Shown here: in pieces, positions 9,410-19,112 of the stretch
Numbering within the stretch: position 1 is the stretch's first letter
How the letters are laid out: each line of letters begins with the position of its first letter
Assembly: GCA_036679605.1 (NCBI GenBank)
Contig: JAZDCZ010000418.1
Location: 1 to 37,583 of the forward strand
Source of the DNA: Gemmatimonadota bacterium
GTDB taxonomy: Bacteria; Gemmatimonadota; Gemmatimonadetes; Gemmatimonadales; GWC2-71-9
DNA length: 37,583 bases
Direction: 5' to 3'
The notes under the pieces: model-generated
Seen by the model: the letters and a program-made list of their open reading frames with translations, nothing else
Database searches by the model: none
What the model was told of the DNA's origin: nothing
Translations under genes and position numbers: made by a program

Positions 9410-10495
9410 TCAACCAGTGTGAGGGGTTCGGATCCTCGCCAGGTCTTGCAGAGTAGGTCGATACTTTCCATACACCCGCATCACCAGCGAAGCATCCTTG
9501 TGGCCCAAGTTGTTGGCGATGAGTTGGGGATCGATGCCCGCCTTCATCCACCTGACAGCAAAGCTGTGACGGCTGTCGTGGAGCGTGTAGCGCTCATCTA
9601 GCTTGAGTTCTCGGACTGTCCGCCGGTTCACCTCCCAAACCGATCTGGGCTTAACTCCCTCGAACAGGAGCGCGGCAGGCATGAGTGCCTTGTCGCGGAT
9701 GAATCGCTCCAGGTAAGGAATTGCCCATTCGTCCACCAGCACGGGTCGAGTCCGCCAGACATTCTTGGTGCCACGTACGAACACGATGCGCTTCGCGATG
9801 TCCACGTCACCGCGTCGTACTCCGAGTGCCGCCGAGATTTCGACGCCTGCGCCTTCCCTCAATGCCGCGATCGTTCTATACGGTTCGGGCTGCGCGTCGA
9901 TGAGCCGAACGACGTCGTGGAGTTCGAGGTAGAGTTCCTTTGGAAGGTTGGGGCGTGGTGCCTTGATGAGCCGAAGCGGGTTCGAGTCGAGGACTTCGAC
10001 CTCCACCAGATAATTTGCGAATGACGACCATGCGGCGTGATAACGGCGCGCGGTCGTACCCGATCCGGGAAGGTCACTCAATTTCTCCGAGATCTTCTTG
10101 CGAGTAAAACCGGAACGAGGGAAGGGAACTGGTTCGGGAATCAGTACCCGCAGCTGGCCTGTGTATTTGCTAACCGTTTCAGATTTGGCCCGTCGGCGCG
10201 CCCATCGCTGCCAGCCTTCGACGTAGTCATTCAAGTCCACGTCGTTGAGCCTGGCACGGAGCAGGTCCAGTTGTTCGCTGCCACCTCGCCAATGATCGAA
10301 TAATTCTCCGACCGTCAAGGGGCCATCCGCGACCGCTTGCAAGAGATCCCACTCGCGTCTCCCGTGCAGAATAGACAGCATCCGCTCGATTTCGCGGGCG
10401 AGGACTTTGCTGTCCGTGCCGAGCTGGCAGCGCTTGCGGCTGCCGTCCCTACGCCTCACGTGTGCCCAATAGCTCCGCCCGTGCTTCCAAGCCAT
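9410..10495 (-). CDS. Tyrosine recombinase/integrase
   Basis: GTKN, LHDSRHSFA, NLGH, VYGKY; adjacent to tRNA. Confidence 0.92.
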   Translation of the reverse strand: MAWKHGRSYWAHVRRRDGSRKRCQLGTDSKVLAREIERMLSILHGRREWDLLQAVADGPLTVGELFDHWRGGSEQLDLLRARLNDVDLNDYVEGWQRWARRRAKSETVSKYTGQLRVLIPEPVPFPRSGFTRKKISEKLSDLPGSGTTARRYHAAWSSFANYLVEVEVLDSNPLRLIKAPRPNLPKELYLELHDVVRLIDAQPEPYRTIAALREGAGVEISAALGVRRGDVDIAKRIVFVRGTKNVWRTRPVLVDEWAIPYLERFIRDKALMPAALLFEGVKPRSVWEVNRRTVRELKLDERYTLHDSRHSFAVRWMKAGIDPQLIANNLGHKDASLVMRVYGKYRPTLQDLARIRTPHTG

Positions 10496-10738
10496 CTAGC
10501 CGACTCCCTGTGTCGCCGATGCGACCAGCCTGCTCTCGATGAAAGCGTCGAGGTCGGACTTGCGATAGCGGATCGTGGCTCGTTTTGCATCGGGGCGAGC
10601 TAGGTTCACTCGGGGGATTGCTGCGCATTCCTCAAGCCACCGCAGCGACACGTTTAGATACTCCGCTGCCTCTCTCCGGGTGAGCAGACCTGTGCCCGTC
10701 TCTAGGCGATTCGTTTCCGGCTTCGCTTGAAGCTGCAT
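10496..10738 (-). CDS. Excisionase-like HTH protein
   Basis: LLTRREAAEYLNVS...IRYRKSDLDAFIE; abuts the integrase; start uncertain. Confidence 0.85.
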   Translation of the reverse strand: MQLQAKPETNRLETGTGLLTRREAAEYLNVSLRWLEECAAIPRVNLARPDAKRATIRYRKSDLDAFIESRLVASATQGVG

Positions 10739-10754
10739 AGAACTCAACGATCTC

Positions 10755-11060
10755 CTACTCATCAGGCGATGGAGGGGCCAGTTCATACCCACGCACGGCC
10801 GCGAACTTCCTCAGCCGTGCCAGGCGAATGTGCGATACGCCACCGACTTTCTCGTCCTTGAGTTTGCCGCTCTTGATCCACTTGAACACTGCCACGCGCG
10901 AGACCGTGGGTCGCAGGATTGCCGCCGCCTCGATCTGTGTCACGAGGCCGTCGGGCTCCACGCGCCGCTCGTAGATCCGGCCGCGCTTGGTGACGAGCAA
11001 GAGAAATCCGCCATCTGCCGTCGCAAAGGACTCGATTCCATCCGGTCGATAATAGGCCAT
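10755..11060 (-). CDS. Small protein with C-terminal excisionase/MerR-like HTH
   Basis: LVTQIEAAAIL...VSRVAVFKWIKSGKL. Confidence 0.75.
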   Translation of the reverse strand: MAYYRPDGIESFATADGGFLLLVTKRGRIYERRVEPDGLVTQIEAAAILRPTVSRVAVFKWIKSGKLKDEKVGGVSHIRLARLRKFAAVRGYELAPPSPDE

Positions 11061-11065
11061 TAGCA

Positions 11066-11097
11066 GTTAACGTTAACCGTTAACGCCTCAGTGTCAA
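11066..11097 (-). promoter_or_regulatory. Candidate sigma70 promoter overlapped by three GTTAAC palindromes
   Basis: Minus strand TTGACA-N16-TAACGT upstream of ATG 11060; GTTAAC at 11066, 11072, 11079. Confidence 0.5.
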
Positions 11098-11420
11098 GGT
11101 CTATGATGCGGTTACCTGCACGTATGTGCTGCGGGGCTGTGGCGTACTCACTGTTCTGATGGCGCTGTGCCGTGTCAGCGTCACTCGTTGAGTTACTGGG
11201 CGTGTGACATGGGGAATTTCGGTTTTGACCGGGCGAGTAATCTCCGATGAAACCAACGAGTAACGTCTGTGGTGCTGTCCAAGCTCACATCTGCCAGTCA
11301 CTGAGGTATCGAATCGTATGGAGGGGACTGGCGCCCTATGGTTGCCTTGGCCTCTTCCCGAGCCTTCTCCCGAACATTCTCCTGACTTTCTCCTGACTTT
11401 CTCCCCAGTTTGCTTGGTTA

Positions 11421-11569
11421 TCAGCGGAATTTAGTGGGTGGCAGGTCTAAGTAGGCCTCGGCGAGGCCAATGACTAGGGCTGTGATGCTGTCTAGATTCA
11501 AGGCGGTCGGGAGCGCGTGCCTGCCAGATTATCTCTATTGATTGCGGCGAATACTGCTAAATCGCTCAC
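11421..11569 (-). pseudogene. Small element gene, copy 1 (46-bp frameshifting deletion)
   Basis: AGGAGGT RBS then GTG; MSDLAVFAAI...SGRHALPTALNLDSITALVIGLAEAYLDLPP; homologous to 13133-13327. Confidence 0.65.
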
Positions 11570-11712
11570 GGGCACCTCCTCGAAGGTCGTGTGCAGCACT
11601 GTCTTTCGGCTCACGGCGGAAAAGAAGAAGTCGGCTTGATTCGGAAGGACGTGGCCGCAATTTTTCGGACGACCGCAGGTCGCTGCTGGCTCAACGGATG
11701 GAACGAATGGTC

Positions 11713-12915
11713 ATGACCATGCGCCTATGCTCGCGTTGCCTCACGTTTACACTCATCGTTTCCGCGTGCGGCGGTGACGGAGGAGCTGGCAGAACCGCGA
11801 CGGTGACTGACTCCGCCGGCGTCGAGATTGTCACGAGTGCCGAGCCCGTGTGGCGGACGGGCAATGCATGGACGGTGGATCCAGCCCCCGTGGTTTCAAT
11901 CGGGACGTTCGAGGGCGAGCCCGAGTACGAGTTGTATCAGGTTCGTGGTGCCACCCGTCTCGCCGATGGTACGATCGCCGTGCTCAACAGTGGCTCGTTC
12001 GAGTTGCGGTTCTATGATGAGAGCGGCGAGTTCATCAGGTCAGTTGGGGCGGAAGGCGAAGGCCCGGGCGAGTTCCGCGGGTCCTCGAGGCTGTTCAACC
12101 ACCACGACTCCCTGCTCGTGTGGGACTTCCGGCTCAACCGGCTTTCCGTGTTAGCGCCGACCGGCGAGTTTGTCCGATCGTTCTCGCTGTCCGCGAGCGG
12201 GCGGTCGCAAAACGCCTCCGAGCTGGTCGGTGGCGCACTACTCACCACGAGCAGTACCGTCGTCTACACGCCGTCATCGGAGGGCGGTATCCACCGTGAT
12301 ACGAGCGATTATCTCATGGTCAGCCTGGACGGGGATTCGCTCTCCTCGTTGGGTCGGTTCCCCGACGCCGAGAGCTTCGTCCGCTTGTCCGGCGGTGGCA
12401 TGGCGGTGACCGGTCTCGTGCTCGGCCGAACCACGCGCCAGGCTTCGTTCGGTGACCAGCTCTTTGTTGGCACGAACCAGTCTTATGCGATCGACGTCTA
12501 CGACCCGGATGGCCGGTTGGTGCGAAGCATCCGCCGCGACGTACCGCCCGTGTCGGTCACTGACGAGATGTTTACGGCCGAAGTCGAGCAACGCTTGGCG
12601 GCCATATCCGCGCGGTTCAAAGGGATCATGGAGCCTGTGTACGAGGTCATGCCGAAGGTGGATGCCCTGCCGTTTTACGCCGCGCTCGAGACGGACGCCG
12701 AGGGGAATCTCTGGGTGCGCAACTACTCGATGGCAAGCGAACCGGCGAACGGTTGGAGCGTGTTTGACCGGAGAGGCATCTGGCTGGGTGACGTCACGCT
12801 CCCGGTCGGGCTCACCGTGTACGAGATCGGGTCTGACTATGTCCTCGGCAGCTGGCAGGATGAGATCGAGGTCGAGCATGTGCGCATCCACGCCCTGGAG
12901 CGCCACGCGAAGTAA
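11713..12915 (+). CDS. Lipoprotein, probable 6-bladed beta-propeller
   Basis: Lipobox IVSAC; DSAGVEIV, GEGPGEF, DAEGNLWV, EIGSDYVLG; start approximate. Confidence 0.85.
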   Translation: MTMRLCSRCLTFTLIVSACGGDGGAGRTATVTDSAGVEIVTSAEPVWRTGNAWTVDPAPVVSIGTFEGEPEYELYQVRGATRLADGTIAVLNSGSFELRFYDESGEFIRSVGAEGEGPGEFRGSSRLFNHHDSLLVWDFRLNRLSVLAPTGEFVRSFSLSASGRSQNASELVGGALLTTSSTVVYTPSSEGGIHRDTSDYLMVSLDGDSLSSLGRFPDAESFVRLSGGGMAVTGLVLGRTTRQASFGDQLFVGTNQSYAIDVYDPDGRLVRSIRRDVPPVSVTDEMFTAEVEQRLAAISARFKGIMEPVYEVMPKVDALPFYAALETDAEGNLWVRNYSMASEPANGWSVFDRRGIWLGDVTLPVGLTVYEIGSDYVLGSWQDEIEVEHVRIHALERHAK

Positions 12916-13132
12916 CCGCCGCGGCGGCGTGTCAGGAGGTCCGCCAGAAGCATCTCCATTCGCGGCCCCTCACGTGTCAACGCTCCCTGACTCGGTTACC
13001 TGTATAGTGTCGGTGTAGGGCGTGTGCGGCCTATCCCGTGTGGTGTGGATGGTCTCTGTCTGATGGTGCTATTGCCGCTTCAGTCTCTCTCTGAGTTACT
13101 CACTGAGTTACTGCCTGAGTTTTCTTTGGTTA

Positions 13133-13327
13133 TCAGGGGGAATTCGTGGGTGGTAGGCGCAAATAAGCCTCGACGAGGCCAATGACTGCGGCGGTGATGC
13201 TGTCTAGATTCAAGGCGGTCGGGAGCGCGTGCCTGCCAGATAATCTCTCTCACCGAATGTTCTGGCGCTCAGTTACCTGCCGCATGGCTTCATCCTTGAT
13301 AGCGGCGAATACTGCCAAATCGCTCAT
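13133..13327 (-). pseudogene. Small element gene, copy 2 (64 codons, in-frame TGA at codon 26)
   Basis: MSDLAVFAAIKDEAMRQVTERQNIR*ERLSGRHALPTALNLDSITAAVIGLVEAYLRLPPTNSP. Confidence 0.65.
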
Positions 13328-13469
13328 GAAGCACTACAGGTCCGGCATCGGATCGACACCTGCTACCACGCGCCGCCCCCGGCAAATTCGGCTCTCAACC
13401 CCGGCAGAGGACGGCACGAACTCGCTAATTTGACAACAACTTGCCGGGAAAACGTGTCAGACTTGGCTC

Positions 13470-13513
13470 GACTCTGGATCAGAAGAGTCCTGGTTCGAGC
13501 CCTGGCGGGGCAA
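13470..13513 (+). pseudogene. 3' half of tRNA-Gln(CTG), att-like remnant
   Basis: GA-CTCTGGA-TCAGA-AGAGT-CCTGG-TTCGAGC-CCTGG-CGGGGCA-A; no proper D arm. Confidence 0.7.
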
Positions 13514-13584
13514 TCAAAAGAGAGTCAATCGGTTAGCCTGGCTGTCTTTGGTGTTTGAGAGGGCCACTCCGCGGACTCAGATTG

Positions 13585-15513
13585 TCATGTCTCTTCGAAC
13601 GCACCGTGATGGTAGGAGATCTGCCACGCAGGCAGCCCTCCGCTCGCCAGCGTCACCCTGAACCGTTCCGGGGCTTCTGCCAGTCGCTGCGCAACCGCGA
13701 TCTCGGTAATGGTGATTCCCGCAGGCATCTGCCTTTGCAAGCAGTGCGCGGTCAATTCCTCTACGAAGCACGCCAGCCGGTCGAATATGAAGCTGGCGAA
13801 CTCTGAGACGGGTTGACCTAAGATAGACGGTTCATCGGCTGTTACAGTGCTTCCCGTGTGCGAGTAGGTTACACGCGGCAGCATCCAGCCTTCGTGCTCG
13901 ATCGCGTTACGGCTTCCCAGCAAACGTTCGGACCAGGTGCGGGTTTGCCGCAAATATTCCGCCAATACGGGGTCCCTAGTCTCAAGGACAGTGACTCCTG
14001 TGTCAAACTCCCCCTGCTTCTGGAACAGGAAACCGATATTCACCTGCGCCTCCCTAGCAAACCTCTGCATACCATCCTTGAGCGCTCGGACCGCAGCGTT
14101 CAGGAAACTCTCAACCTCCCTCTTGAGTTTCTTGTCGATGTTCTCATTAATATGAATCGTCCGTCCCTCTAGTCGCGCAACTTCTCCCGAGGTGACTTTG
14201 CGTGCATGCTCCTGCCAAAGTTGAACCATCTCCTGCGCCGCTGTACGGACATTCAGGAGAGACGAAAAGACAATCTCATATGATGTGTCGAAGTTTTCGC
14301 GCGTCGCAGGATCGGGCATCACCACATCCCTCAGACGCATTATTCCCATGAACAAGCGAGCCATGAACGGAGACTGTGACCCTTCGTCTGCGATTTTTTG
14401 GATGACCCATTTCGTCTGGTCACCCCGAACGACCACGTTCGACTGCCGTTGAATCCTCGTGAGCATTTCGTTGAAATCCCTCTGCGTGATCGGCAGAACG
14501 TAGGAAATCTGTAAATCAGGCCGGTTGACTACTCCCGCCCGCTGCAGGGTCCCTTTGCCGAGAAAGACGAGAAGCCCGTCCAGCGGCAGTTCCCCTTTGA
14601 GCAGGATAGTGCCGCCATCCTGCCAGGGCAGGAATTGAAGGGTACACAACAGCTTTCCCTTCTGATCTTCAATCCGCATGGGTAACGGTGGGAGATAACG
14701 ATCGTTGTAGAACTGCCGTGGCACAGGCAAAAGGTCGCCGCTCAGGTTGTACTGGAACGCTGAGATCGTCACGGCGGCTTTCGGAACCCCTTCCAGTATC
14801 TGAGCCCAATCGGGCAGCTTTGTTCCGGGAGAAAAGATCCCGAGATGGGCGATCATAAAGGCTAACATTTTGTTAAACGTGTACGCTTCCGTCGGCCTCA
14901 TCACAATGACGACGTATAAAGGTGGCGTGTAGGTGACGACCGCTCGCTCCGCCGGGGGGAGGAAATCATCGCTAGGAGACTCCCCCGGAAACTGGACCAC
15001 GTAATTGACCGTGCCAGTGGATGCAACCACCACCATGTCCGGCCACTCCTGGCTCGGCGTTTGCGCGTTCAAGCGTTCAAGCTCCTCAGCAAGCTTTTCC
15101 AGGGGGAGCGCTGACCGCAAGGCAAAGATGACCCCCAAAGTTATGGTGGTAATTGGAGTACCCTCCAAACTGGGTGCGGCACTTTTTTTCAGCCTCTTTG
15201 CCTGTGCAATACGTTCGTAGGACGCGCGAAAATTTTCCAAATCCAGGCCCTCGCAGGCATCTATGACGACCGCGGCGTTGTCGGCGTGAATATCATGGGT
15301 TCCTGGCGTGGCACCACCTCCAGATGCGGCATGAACGACCGAGGCGAAAATCTCCGTTTTATTGCCGTCCTGATCGAACACGCATCCTGACGTGGCATTA
15401 AACGGCCAGCTCAAGAAATTCCCTAGAATGCGGTTGAGAATGCTGGGGAGCGTCACTCCGGTCGCAGAAATAACCTCTTGGCCTGCGTCATGTACTTCTT
15501 GAGAGAGTGCCAT
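13585..15513 (-). CDS. Hypothetical 642-aa protein with C-terminal HEPN-like RX4H motif
   Basis: Long ORF; RNAIEH in a helical C-terminal region; N-terminus loosely resembles DUF6602-like nuclease folds. Confidence 0.7.
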   Translation of the reverse strand: MALSQEVHDAGQEVISATGVTLPSILNRILGNFLSWPFNATSGCVFDQDGNKTEIFASVVHAASGGGATPGTHDIHADNAAVVIDACEGLDLENFRASYERIAQAKRLKKSAAPSLEGTPITTITLGVIFALRSALPLEKLAEELERLNAQTPSQEWPDMVVVASTGTVNYVVQFPGESPSDDFLPPAERAVVTYTPPLYVVIVMRPTEAYTFNKMLAFMIAHLGIFSPGTKLPDWAQILEGVPKAAVTISAFQYNLSGDLLPVPRQFYNDRYLPPLPMRIEDQKGKLLCTLQFLPWQDGGTILLKGELPLDGLLVFLGKGTLQRAGVVNRPDLQISYVLPITQRDFNEMLTRIQRQSNVVVRGDQTKWVIQKIADEGSQSPFMARLFMGIMRLRDVVMPDPATRENFDTSYEIVFSSLLNVRTAAQEMVQLWQEHARKVTSGEVARLEGRTIHINENIDKKLKREVESFLNAAVRALKDGMQRFAREAQVNIGFLFQKQGEFDTGVTVLETRDPVLAEYLRQTRTWSERLLGSRNAIEHEGWMLPRVTYSHTGSTVTADEPSILGQPVSEFASFIFDRLACFVEELTAHCLQRQMPAGITITEIAVAQRLAEAPERFRVTLASGGLPAWQISYHHGAFEET

Positions 15514-16086
15514 TCTGTCAACTCGTTCGTGTATAGAGTGGCCCCAAGCTGGTTATCAGCGCACCGCACCAAAGCTTTTCGCCCGTATTCGCTCTCTCCA
15601 ACCCCGAAATTCTCAAGAGGTCCTGTTCCTTTCCGATGAACTCTAATTGGGAAGACAGCTTGCAGGGGCTGTCTGTCCGGTGGTCAGCCCCAGCTCAGGG
15701 CCGGTCATTCTATTCCGGCTAGAATGAAAGGCGCACGAAGGGTTGTCATGGAGGAATTGACACCGCCTATCCGACACGCCCGTCCGGGCGTGTCGGCTCC
15801 CAGAGAAGTTCCGGTAGAATCCGGTCCCTGGATTGTCACACCCCCTAACCAGCTTTTTTGGGGCCGAATGTCCCACGAACGACCCATAAAGTCCCAATCC
15901 CGCTCTACCGGGCCGACACTGAGGGTGCCAAGTTCAGCTGTGGATAGAATAGGGCATTTGGACTTGCGGGCGGAGATCCGGCGGATAGGTTAGAGTGCTC
16001 ATCGTACCGCAGATCAAAGACCCTCAAGTCAAGTACGTCCCGCCGCCAGATGTACAGAAGCACCCGATATTCGGGGATGACGAAAT

Positions 16087-16218
16087 GTGAAGGCTTTCAT
16101 CGGCGTCACCGACAACGATTGGTACCAATTCTTGAGCAGGCGTGCCGAGCTTGAGGAGGCGAACGTCTGGAGTCCCGAAGGGAACTGGCCGGACAAGGAG
16201 AATGGAACCGATGGCTGA
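16087..16218 (+). pseudogene. N-terminal relic of an HNH restriction endonuclease-like gene
   Basis: MKAFIGVTDNDWYQFLS...EEANVWSP resembles the GVTDxDWF...EVNFWxP N-terminus; stops after 43 aa. Confidence 0.55.
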
Positions 16219-17098
16219 AACTACGGCGAAACGACGCGGCGAACTTGTACGGGCCGTGTTCGAGATACTGAAGGAGCACCCAGACGGCTTCCCGGCCCGA
16301 GAAGTCCTGAAGGAAGTTGAGAACCGTCTTGGACTGACGGAATTTGAGAAGGGAGATTTCGAGAAGGCTCCGGGTGTCCGACGCTTCGAGTTTCACGTTC
16401 GTTTTGCCACGATCAAGTCGGTAAAGGCTGGCTGGCTTGTGAAGAAGAAGGGCGAGTGGAGTCTGACGGACGACGGGGTCCTTGCGTATGATAAGTTTCC
16501 CGATCCGGAACAATTCGAGCGCGAAGCCGCGCGGCTATATAGGAGCTGGGCGAAGAGTCGGCCTGTTGGTGAAGAAGCAGACGATGAAGGCGGTGATGAG
16601 TTCGGTTCCGAGGCCACGATTGAGGAAGCCGAGGAACGGGCGTGGGCCGAAGTGGAAGACTATCTCACTTCGTTACCGCCGTACGACTTCCAGCAGCTCG
16701 TCGCAGCGTTGCTGGACGGGATGGGTTATCACATTGCCTGGATCGCGCCTCCTGGGAAGGACGGCGGTATCGACATACTTGCGCATACCGATCCACTAGG
16801 TACTCGAAGTCCAAGGATCAAAGTTCAGGTCAAGCGTCAGCAGGCAAGAGTCTCCGTCGACGGTCTCCGTTCGTTCATGGCCGTGCTGAGTGATCAAGAT
16901 GTTGGGCTGTTCGTTTCAACTGGAGGCTTTACGAAGGACGCGGAAGACGAAGCGAGGCAGCAAGAGAAGCGGCAGGTCACACTCGTCGATCTGCAACGTC
17001 TATTCGACCTATGGGTCGAGCACTACGACGATATTCCAGAGGACAAGCGCACACTCCTCCCACTTCGACCCGTTTACTATCTTGCACCGACGGACTGA
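16211..17098 (+). CDS. mrr: Mrr-family (type IV) restriction endonuclease
   Basis: N-terminal wHTH ([15 protein letters not shown]); [36 protein letters not shown] upstream. Confidence 0.9.
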   Translation: MAETTAKRRGELVRAVFEILKEHPDGFPAREVLKEVENRLGLTEFEKGDFEKAPGVRRFEFHVRFATIKSVKAGWLVKKKGEWSLTDDGVLAYDKFPDPEQFEREAARLYRSWAKSRPVGEEADDEGGDEFGSEATIEEAEERAWAEVEDYLTSLPPYDFQQLVAALLDGMGYHIAWIAPPGKDGGIDILAHTDPLGTRSPRIKVQVKRQQARVSVDGLRSFMAVLSDQDVGLFVSTGGFTKDAEDEARQQEKRQVTLVDLQRLFDLWVEHYDDIPEDKRTLLPLRPVYYLAPTD

Positions 17099-17103
17099 GG
17101 CCC

Positions 17104-18707
<1,604 letters not shown>

Positions 18708-18711
<4 letters not shown>

Positions 18712-19112
18712 CGCTGGACCTCACTTCCCTTGCCAAGGCCATTGACCGGCTCGAAGAAGGATTGGCCGAGTACGAACGCGACGAGTCGAAGACATTGATC
18801 CGAGACGGGCTGGTGCAGCGCTTCGAGTTCACCTACGAGCAGTGCCACAAGACTGTCAAGCGTTTCCTCGAGGCACGTTCTGCCAGCCCTGGCGAGTTCG
18901 ATGAGGCCGACTTCCAGCACATCATTCGCTCGGCCTCCGAACAGAGCCTGCTGCTCGGAGATTGGCCGGCATGGCGGGGCTACCGCCAGATGCGCGCCAA
19001 GACCAGCCACACCTATGACGAGGAGATCGCTCTCGAAGTCGTCGCCGGCATCCCGGCCTTCTTGGAGGATGCCCGATACCTCCTCGACCAGCTCGAACAG
19101 CGCCAGACGTGA
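18708..19112 (+). CDS. HEPN toxin, HI0074/HepT-like
   Basis: [15 protein letters not shown]4HXY motif R96-AKTS-H101-T-Y103. Confidence 0.9.

Noticed and set aside
11356..11410. CRISPR array
   Set aside because: Units are ~12 bp with no spacers; no cas genes; no repeat-spacer array seen in the window
13250..13252. In-frame TGA as selenocysteine
   Set aside because: No redox motif context and no evident SECIS; the sister copy is also broken
11415..13326. Duplicated segment as a structured ncRNA (TGGCAGG/CCTGCCA stem, GGCCTCG-CGAGGCC hairpin)
   Set aside because: Differences are mostly synonymous in one minus-strand frame that has an RBS and aligned start/stop; a small protein gene explains it better
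13520..13546. AGCCTGGCTGTC shared with ~32484-32495
   Set aside because: 12-bp match is within chance for a window of this size
15771..15796. Perfect 11-bp hairpin CCGACACGCCC-GTCC-GGGCGTGTCGG as an IS end or terminator
   Set aside because: No transposase, no second copy seen, no U tract, and not downstream of a gene; function unassignable
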